From Auanema rhodensis (taxonomy: Eukaryota; Animalia; Nematoda): 64,000 nucleotides of DNA. Within the stretch, counting starts at the first letter, position 1, and every line of letters starts with the position of its first letter. Shown here piece by piece: positions 1 through 10,208 of this stretch. A program made the translations under genes and the position numbers. The stretch spans positions 20,274,001-20,338,000 of the forward strand of contig OZ059899.1 of assembly GCA_964057225.1 (NCBI GenBank), read 5' to 3'. The notes beneath the pieces were generated by a model. That model was not told the DNA's origin, did no database searches, and was given only the letters and a program-made list of their open reading frames with translations.

Positions 1-79
1 AGATAAAGAGATGCGGTTTTCAAAATTAGATTCCCCATGTCCATATTAGTCTTAAAACAAATTTTTATTGATATTGGTG

Positions 80-92
80 CATGGTAACCATG
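80..92. other. Dyad CATGGT-A-ACCATG, present in essentially every full monomer
   Basis: 6-bp inverted arms around a central A, containing a BstEII site (GGTAACC). It extends to 15 bp in F-type monomers, e.g. 1311-1325. Function is not shown by the sequence. Confidence 0.9.
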
Positions 93-166
93 ACTTTGAA
101 ATTTACGTGAACTTTAATTTATGCTAATTAAATGTACAAGTGATGTGCACTTGGTATGTAACTCGC

Positions 167-176
167 TTCACGTGAA
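167..176. other. Perfect 10-bp palindrome TTCACGTGAA (E-box/G-box core CACGTG) in nearly every monomer
   Basis: Directly visible. Protein binding is not demonstrated. Confidence 0.9.
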
Positions 177-3100
177 AGATAAGGAGATGCGGTTTTCACA
201 ATTAGATTCCCCATGTCCATATTAGTCTAAAAACAAATTTTTATTGATATTGGTGCATGGTAACCATGACTTTGAAATTTACGTGAACTTCAATTTATGC
301 TAATTAAATGTACACGCGGTGTGCACTTGGTATGTAACTCGCTTCACGTGAAAGATAAAGAGATGCGGTTTTAAAAATTAGATTCCCCATGTCCATATTA
401 GTCTAAAAACAGTTTTTTACTGATATTGGTGCATGGTAACCATGATTTTGAAATTTACGTGAACTTTAATTTATGCTAATTAAATGTACACGTGGTGTGC
501 ACTCGGTATGTAACTCGCTTCACGTGAAAGATAAAAAGATGCGGTTTTCAAAATTTGATTCCTCATGTCCATATTAGTCTAAAAACAAATTTTTATTGAT
601 ATTGGTGCATGGTAACCATGACTTTGAAATTTACGTGAACTTTAATTTATGCTTATTAAATGTACACGTGGTGTGCACTCGGTATGTAACTCGCTTCACG
701 TGAAAGATAAAGAGATGCGGTTTTTAAAATTAGATTCCCCATGTCCATATTAGTCTGAAAACAATTTTTTACTGATATTGGTGCATGGTAACCATGACTT
801 TGAAATTTACGTGAACTTTAATTTATGCTAATTAAATGTACAAGTGATGTGCACTTGGTATGTAACTCGCTTCACGTGAAAGATAAGGAGATGCGGTTTT
901 CACAATTAGATTCCCCATGTCCATATTAGTCTAAAAACAAATTTTTATTGATATTGGTGCATGGTAACCATGACTTTGAAATTTACGTGAACTTCAATTT
1001 AAGCTAATTAAATGTACACGCGGTGTGCACTTGGTATGTAACTCGCTTCACGTGAAAGATAAAGAGATGCGGTTTTAAAAATTAGATTCCCCATGTCCAT
1101 ATTAGTCTAAAAACAGTTTTTTACTGATATTGGTGCATGGTAACCATGATTTTGAAATTTACGTGAACTTTAATTTATGCTAATTAAATGTACACGTGGT
1201 GTGCACTCGGTATGTAACTCGCTTCACGTGAAAGATAAAGAGATGCGGTTAACAAAATTAGATTTCCTATGTCCATATTAGTCTAAAAACAAATTTTTAT
1301 TGATATTGGTTCATGGTAACCATGACTTTGAAATTTACGTGAACTTTAATTTATGCTAATTAAATGTACACGTGGTGTGCACTCGGTATGTAACTCGCTT
1401 CACGTGAAAGATAAAAAGATGCGGTTTTCAAAATTTGATTCCTCATGTCCATATTAGTCTAAAAACAAATTTTTATTGATATTGGTGCATGGTAACCATG
1501 ACTTTGAAATTTACGTGAACTTTAATTTATGCTAATTAAATGTACACGTGATGTGCACTTGGTATGTAACTCGCTTCACGTGAAAGATAAAGAGATGCAG
1601 TTCTCAAAATTAGATTCCCCATGTCCATATTAGTCTAGAAACAAATTTTTATTGATATTGGTGCATGGTAACCATGACTTTGAAATTTACGTGAACTTTA
1701 ATTTATGCTAATTAAACGTACACGTGGTGTGCACTCGGTATGTAACTCGCTTCACGTGAAAGATAAAGAGATGCGGTTTTCAAAATTAGATTCCCCATGT
1801 CCATATTAGTCTTAAAACAAATTTTTATTGATATTGGTGCATGGTAACCATGACTTTGAAATTTACGTGAACTTTAATTTATGCTAATTAAATGTACACG
1901 TGGTGTGCACTCGGTATGTAACTCGCTTCACGTGAAAGATAAAAAGATGCGGTTTTCAAAATTTGATTCCTCATGTCCATATTAGTCTAAAAACAAATTT
2001 TTATTGATATTGGTGCATGGTAACCATGACTTTGAAATTTACGTGAACTTTAATTTATGCTAATTAAATGTACACGTGGTGTGCACTCGGTATGTAACTC
2101 GCTTCACGTGAAAGATAAAAAGATGCGGTTTTCAAAATTTGATTCCTCATGTCCATATTAGTCTAAAAACAAATTTTTATTGATATTGGTGCATGGTAAC
2201 CATGACTTTGAAATTTACGTGAACTTTAATTTATGCTTATTAAATGTACACGTGGTGTGCACTCGGTATGTAACTCGCTTCACGTGAAAGATAAAGAGAT
2301 GCGGTTTTTAAAATTAGATTCCCCATGTCCATATTAGTCTGAAAACAATTTTTTACTGATATTCGTGCATGGTAACCATGACTTTGAAATTTACGTGAAC
2401 TTTAATTTATGCTAATTAAATGTACAAGTGATGTGCACTTGGTATGTAACTCGCTTCACGTGAAAGATAAGGAGATGCGGTTTTCACAATTAGATTCCCC
2501 ATGTCCATATTAGTCTAAAAACAAATTTTTATTGATATTGGTGCATGGTAACCATGACTTTGAAATTTACGTGAACTTTAATTTATGCTAATTAAATGTA
2601 CAAGTGATGTGCACTTGGTATGTAACTCGCTTCACGTGAAAGATAAGGAGATGCGGTTTTCACAATTAGATTCCCCATGTCCATATTAGTCTAAAAACAA
2701 ATTTTTATTGATATTGGTGCATGGTAACCATGACTTTGAAATTTACGTGAACTTCAATTTAAGCTAATTAAATGTACACGCGGTGTGCACTTGGTATGTA
2801 ACTCGCTTCACGTGAAAGATAAAGAGATGCGGTTTTAAAAATTAGATTCCCCATGTCCATATTAGTCTAAAAACAGTTTTTTACTGATATTGGTGCATGG
2901 TAACCATGATTTTGAAATTTACGTGAACTTTAATTTATGCTAATTAAATGTACACGTGGTGTGCACTCGGTATGTAACTCGCTTCACGTGAAAGATAAAG
3001 AGATGCGGTTAACAAAATTAGATTTCCTATGTCCATATTAGTCTAAAAACAAATTTTTATTGATATTGGTTCATGGTAACCATGACTTTGAAATTTACGT

Positions 3101-6100
3101 GAACTTTAATTTATGCTAATTAAATGTACACGTGGTGTGCACTCGGTATGTAACTCGCTTCACGTGAAAGATAAGGAGATGCGGTTTTCACAATTAGATT
3201 CCCCATGTCCATATTAGTCTAAAAACAAATTTTTATTGATATTGGTGCATGGTAACCATGACTTTGAAATTTACGTGAACTTCAATTTATGCTAATTAAA
3301 TGTACACGCGGTGTGCACTTGGTATGTAACTCGCTTCACGTGAAAGATAAAGAGATGCGGTTTTAAAAATTAGATTCCCCATGTCCATATTAGTCTAAAA
3401 ACAGTTTTTTACTGATATTGGTGCATGGTAACCATGATTTTGAAATTTACGTGAACTTTAATTTATGCTAATTAAATGTACACGTGGTGTGCACTCGGTA
3501 TGTAACTCGCTTCACGTGAAAGATAAAAAGATGCGGTTTTCAAAATTTGATTCCTCATGTCCATATTAGTCTAAAAACAAATTTTTATTGATATTGGTGC
3601 ATGGTAACCATGACTTTGAAATTTACGTGAACTTTAATTTATGCTTATTAAATGTACACGTGGTGTGCACTCGGTATGTAACTCGCTTCACGTGAAAGAT
3701 AAAGAGATGCGGTTTTTAAAATTAGATTCCCCATGTCCATATTAGTCTGAAAACAATTTTTTACTGATATTGGTGCATGGTAACCATGACTTTGAAATTT
3801 ACGTGAACTTTAATTTATGCTAATTAAATGTACAAGTGATGTGCACTTGGTATGTAACTCGCTTCACGTGAAAGATAAGGAGATGCGGTTTTCACAATTA
3901 GATTCCCCATGTCCATATTAGTCTAAAAACAAATTTTTATTGATATTGGTGCATGGTAACCATGACTTTGAAATTTACGTGAACTTCAATTTAAGCTAAT
4001 TAAATGTACACGCGGTGTGCACTTGGTATGTAACTCGCTTCACGTGAAAGATAAAGAGATGCGGTTTTAAAAATTAGATTCCCCATGTCCATATTAGTCT
4101 AAAAACAGTTTTTTACTGATATTGGTGCATGGTAACCATGATTTTGAAATTTACGTGAACTTTAATTTATGCTAATTAAATGTACACGTGGTGTGCACTC
4201 GGTATGTAACTCGCTTCACGTGAAAGATAAAGAGATGCGGTTAACAAAATTAGATTTCCTATGTCCATATTAGTCTAAAAACAAATTTTTATTGATATTG
4301 GTTCATGGTAACCATGACTTTGAAATTTACGTGAACTTTAATTTATGCTAATTAAATGTACACGTGGTGTGCACTCGGTATGTAACTCGCTTCACGTGAA
4401 AGATAAAAAGATGCGGTTTTCAAAATTTGATTCCTCATGTCCATATTAGTCTAAAAACAAATTTTTATTGATATTGGTGCATGGTAACCATGACTTTGAA
4501 ATTTACGTGAACTTTAATTTATGCTAATTAAATGTACACGTGATGTGCACTTGGTATGTAACTCGCTTCACGTGAAAGATAAAGAGATGCAGTTCTCAAA
4601 ATTAGATTCCCCATGTCCATATTAGTCTAGAAACAAATTTTTATTGATATTGGTGCATGGTAACCATGACTTTGAAATTTACGTGAACTTTAATTTATGC
4701 TAATTAAACGTACACGTGGTGTGCACTCGGTATGTAACTCGCTTCACGTGAAAGATAAAGAGATGCGGTTTTCAAAATTAGATTCCCCATGTCCATATTA
4801 GTCTTAAAACAAATTTTTATTGATATTGGTGCATGGTAACCATGACTTTGAAATTTACGTGAACTTTAATTTATGCTAATTAAATGTACACGTGGTGTGC
4901 ACTCGGTATGTAACTCGCTTCACGTGAAAGATAAAAAGATGCGGTTTTCAAAATTTGATTCCTCATGTCCATATTAGTCTAAAAACAAATTTTTATTGAT
5001 ATTGGTGCATGGTAACCATGACTTTGAAATTTACGTGAACTTTAATTTATGCTAATTAAATGTACACGTGGTGTGCACTCGGTATGTAACTCGCTTCACG
5101 TGAAAGATAAAAAGATGCGGTTTTCAAAATTTGATTCCTCATGTCCATATTAGTCTAAAAACAAATTTTTATTGATATTGGTGCATGGTAACCATGACTT
5201 TGAAATTTACGTGAACTTTAATTTATGCTTATTAAATGTACACGTGGTGTGCACTCGGTATGTAACTCGCTTCACGTGAAAGATAAAGAGATGCGGTTTT
5301 TAAAATTAGATTCCCCATGTCCATATTAGTCTGAAAACAATTTTTTACTGATATTCGTGCATGGTAACCATGACTTTGAAATTTACGTGAACTTTAATTT
5401 ATGCTAATTAAATGTACAAGTGATGTGCACTTGGTATGTAACTCGCTTCACGTGAAAGATAAGGAGATGCGGTTTTCACAATTAGATTCCCCATGTCCAT
5501 ATTAGTCTAAAAACAAATTTTTATTGATATTGGTGCATGGTAACCATGACTTTGAAATTTACGTGAACTTTAATTTATGCTAATTAAATGTACAAGTGAT
5601 GTGCACTTGGTATGTAACTCGCTTCACGTGAAAGATAAGGAGATGCGGTTTTCACAATTAGATTCCCCATGTCCATATTAGTCTAAAAACAAATTTTTAT
5701 TGATATTGGTGCATGGTAACCATGACTTTGAAATTTACGTGAACTTCAATTTAAGCTAATTAAATGTACACGCGGTGTGCACTTGGTATGTAACTCGCTT
5801 CACGTGAAAGATAAAGAGATGCGGTTTTAAAAATTAGATTCCCCATGTCCATATTAGTCTAAAAACAGTTTTTTACTGATATTGGTGCATGGTAACCATG
5901 ATTTTGAAATTTACGTGAACTTTAATTTATGCTAATTAAATGTACACGTGGTGTGCACTCGGTATGTAACTCGCTTCACGTGAAAGATAAAGAGATGCGG
6001 TTAACAAAATTAGATTTCCTATGTCCATATTAGTCTAAAAACAAATTTTTATTGATATTGGTTCATGGTAACCATGACTTTGAAATTTACGTGAACTTTA

Positions 6101-6160
6101 ATTTATGCTAATTAAATGTACACGTGGTGTGCACTCGGTATGTAACTCGCTTCACGTGAA
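177..6160 (+). repeat. Tandem duplication of a 17-monomer block (2992 bp): 177-3168 and 3169-6160
   Basis: Both halves read B C D* E B' C F D G A D D* E' B B' C F. The private SNP attCgtgc occurs at 2364 and 5356, an offset of 2992. Confidence 0.9.
705..2288 (+). repeat. 9-monomer higher-order repeat unit (1584 bp), order E-B-C-F-D-G-A-D-D*
   Basis: The same ordered subtype series appears at 705-2288, 3697-5280 and 12849-14432, and in rotated form at 22001-23584 and 28289-29872. D* is D carrying gcttatt. Confidence 0.88.
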
Positions 6161-7040
6161 AGATAAAAAGATGCGGTTTTCAAAATTTGATTCCTCATGT
6201 CCATATTAGTCTAAAAACAAATTTTTATTGATATTGGTGCATGGTAACCATGACTTTGAAATTTACGTGAACTTTAATTTATGCTAATTAAATGTACACG
6301 TGATGTGCACTTGGTATGTAACTCGCTTCACGTGAAAGATAAAGAGATGCAGTTCTCAAAATTAGATTCCCCATGTCCATATTAGTCTAGAAACAAATTT
6401 TTATTGATATTGGTGCATGGTAACCATGACTTTGAAATTTAAGTGAACTTTAATTTATGCTAATTAAACGTACACGTGGTGTGCACTCGGTATGTAACTC
6501 GCTTCACGTGAAAGATAAAGAGATGCGGTTTTCAAAATTAGATTCCCCATGTCCATATTAGTCTTAAAACAAATTTTTATTGATATTGGTGCATGGTAAC
6601 CATGACTTTGAAATTTACGTGAACTTTAATTTATGCTAATTAAATGTACACGTGGTGTGCACTCGGTATGTAACTCGCTTCACGTGAAAGATAAAAAGAT
6701 GCGGTTTTCAAAATTTGATTCCTCATGTCCATATTAGTCTAAAAACAAATTTTTATTGATATTGGTGCATGGTAACCATGACTTTGAAATTTACGTGAAC
6801 TTTAATTTATGCTAATTAAATGTACACGTGGTGTGCACTCGGTATGTAACTCGCTTCACGTGAAAGATAAAAAGATGCGGTTTTCAAAATTTGATTCCTC
6901 ATGTCCATATTAGTCTAAAAACAAATTTTTATTGATATTGGTGCATGGTAACCATGACTTTGAAATTTACGTGAACTTTAATTTATGCTTATTAAATGTA
7001 CACGTGGTGTGCACTTGGTATGTAACTCGCTTCACGTGAA

Positions 7041-10000
7041 AGATAAAGAGATGCGGTTTTTAAAATTAGATTCCCCATGTCCATATTAGTCTGAAAACAA
7101 TTTTTTACTGATATTGGTGCATGGTAACCATGACTTTGAAATTTACGTGAACTTTAATTTATGCTAATTAAATGTACAAGTGATGTGCACTTGGTATGTA
7201 ACTCGCTTCACGTGAAAGATAAGGAGATGCGGTTTTCACAATTAGATTCCCCATGTCCATATTAGTCTAAAAACAAATTTTTATTGATATTGGTGCATGG
7301 TAACCATGACTTTGAAATTTACGTGAACTTCAATTTATGCTAATTAAATGTACACGCGGTGTGCACTTGGTATGTAACTCGCTTCACGTGAAAGATAAAG
7401 AGATGCGGTTTTAAAAATTAGATTCCCCATGTCCATATTAGTCTAAAAACAGTTTTTTACTGATATTGGTGCATGGTAACCATGATTTTGAAATTTACGT
7501 GAACTTTAATTTATGCTAATTAAATGTACACGTGGTGTGCACTCGGTATGTAACTCGCTTCACGTGAAAGATAAAGAGATGCGGTTAACGAAATTAGATT
7601 TCCTATGTCCATATTAGTCTAAAAACAAATTTTTATTGATATTGGTTCATGGTAACCATGACTTTGAAATTTACGTGAACTTTAATTTATGCTAATTAAA
7701 TGTACACGTGGTGTGCACTCGGTATGTAACTCGCTTCACGTGAAAGATAAAAAGATGCGGTTTTCAAAATTTGATTCCTCATGTCCATATTAGTCTAAAA
7801 ACAAATTTTTATTGATATTGGTGCATGGTAACCATGACTTTGAAATTTACGTGAACTTTAATTTATGCTAATTAAATGTACACGTGATGTGCACTTGGTA
7901 TGTAACTCGCTTCACGTGAAAGATAAAGAGATGCAGTTCTCAAAATTAGATTCCCCATGTCCATATTAGTCTAGAAACAAATTTTTATTGATATTGGTGC
8001 ATGGTAACCATGACTTTGAAATTTACGTGAACTTTAATTTATGCTAATTAAACGTACACGTGGTGTGCACTCGGTATGTAACTCGCTTCACGTGAAAGGT
8101 AAAGAGATGCGGTTTTCAATATTAGATTCCCCATGTCCATATTAGTCTAAAAACAAATTTTTATTGATATTGGTGCATGGTAACCATGACTTTGAAATTT
8201 ACGTGAACTTTAATTTATGCTAATTAAATGTACACGTGGTGTGCACTCGGTATGTAACTCGCTTCACGTGAAAGATAAAGAGATGCGGTTTTCAAAATTA
8301 GATTCCCCATGTCCATATTAGTCTAAAAACAAATTTTTATTGATATTGGTGCATGGTAACCATGACTTTGAAATTTAAGTGAACTTTAATTTATGCTAAT
8401 TAAACGTACACGTGGTGTGCACTCGGTATGTAACTCGCTTCACGTGAAAGATAAAGAGATGCGGTTTTCAAAATTAGATTCCCCATGTCCATATTAGTCT
8501 TAAAACAAATTTTTATTGATATTGGTGCATGGTAACCATGACTTTGAAATTTACGTGAACTTTAATTTATGCTAATTAAATGTACACGTGGTGTGCACTT
8601 GGTATGTAACTCGCTTCACGTGAAAGATAAAGAGATGCGGTTTTTAAAATTAGATTCCCCATGTCCATATTAGTCTGAAAACAATTTTTTACTGATATTG
8701 GTGCATGGTAACCATGACTTTGAAATTTACGTGAACTTTAATTTATGCTAATTAAATGTACAAGTGATGTGCACTTGGTATGTAACTCGCTTCACGTGAA
8801 AGATAAGGAGATGCGGTTTTCACAATTAGATTCCCCATGTCCATATTAGTCTAAAAACAAATTTTTATTGATATTGGTGCATGGTAACCATGACTTTGAA
8901 ATTTACGTGAACTTCAATTTATGCTAATTAAATGTACACGCGGTGTGCACTTGGTATGTAACTCGCTTCACGTGAAAGATAAAGAGATGCGGTTTTAAAA
9001 ATTAGATTCCCCATGTCCATATTAGTCTAAAAACAGTTTTTTACTGATATTGGTGCATGGTAACCATGATTTTGAAATTTACGTGAACTTTAATTTATGC
9101 TAATTAAATGTACACGTGGTGTGCACTCGGTATGTAACTCGCTTCACGTGAAAGATAAAGAGATGCGGTTAACAAAATTAGATTTCCTATGTCCATATTA
9201 GTCTAAAAACAAATTTTTATTGATATTGGTTCATGGTAACCATGACTTTGAAATTTACGTGAACTTTAATTTATGCTAATTAAATGTACACGTGGTGTGC
9301 ACTCGGTATGTAACTCGCTTCACGTGAAAGATAAAAAGATGCGGTTTTCAAAATTTGATTCCTCATGTCCATATTAGTCTAAAAACAAATTTTTATTGAT
9401 ATTGGTGCATGGTAACCATGACTTTGAAATTTACGTGAACTTTAATTTATGCTAATTAAATGTACACGTGATGTGCACTTGGTATGTAACTCGCTTCACG
9501 TGAAAGATAAAGAGATGCAGTTCTCAAAATTAGATTCCCCATGTCCATATTAGTCTAGAAACAAATTTTTATTGATATTGGTGCATGGTAACCATGACTT
9601 TGAAATTTACGTGAACTTTAATTTATGCTAATTAAACGTACACGTGGTGTGCACTCGGTATGTAACTCGCTTCACGTGAAAGGTAAAGAGATGCGGTTTT
9701 CAATATTAGATTCCCCATGTCCATATTAGTCTAAAAACAAATTTTTATTGATATTGGTGCATGGTAACCATGACTTTGAAATTTACGTGAACTTTAATTT
9801 ATGCTAATTAAATGTACACGTGGTGTGCACTCGGTATGTAACTCGCTTCACGTGAAAGATAAAGAGATGCGGTTTTCAAAATTAGATTCCCCATGTCCAT
9901 ATTAGTCTAAAAACAAATTTTTATTGATATTGGTGCATGGTAACCATGACTTTGAAATTTAAGTGAACTTTAATTTATGCTAATTAAACGTACACGTGGT

Positions 10001-10208
10001 GTGCACTCGGTATGTAACTCGCTTCACGTGAAAGATAAAGAGATGCGGTTTTCAAAATTAGATTCCCCATGTCCATATTAGTCTTAAAACAAATTTTTAT
10101 TGATATTGGTGCATGGTAACCATGACTTTGAAATTTACGTGAACTTTAATTTATGCTAATTAAATGTACACGTGGTGTGCACTCGGTATGTAACTCGCTT
10201 CACGTGAA
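7041..10208 (+). repeat. Tandem duplication of a variant 9-mer (E-B-C-F-D-G-H-H-A, 1584 bp)
   Basis: The private variant caaTatt is at 8120 and 9704 (offset 1584). The aggtaaag and tttaagtgaa variants are also shared between the halves. Confidence 0.87.

Noticed and set aside
1-528. Long repeat protein under an alternative code (TAA/TAG = Gln)
   Set aside because: The frame rotates with each monomer and meets TGA codons (ttga, atga, gtga) in the other frames.
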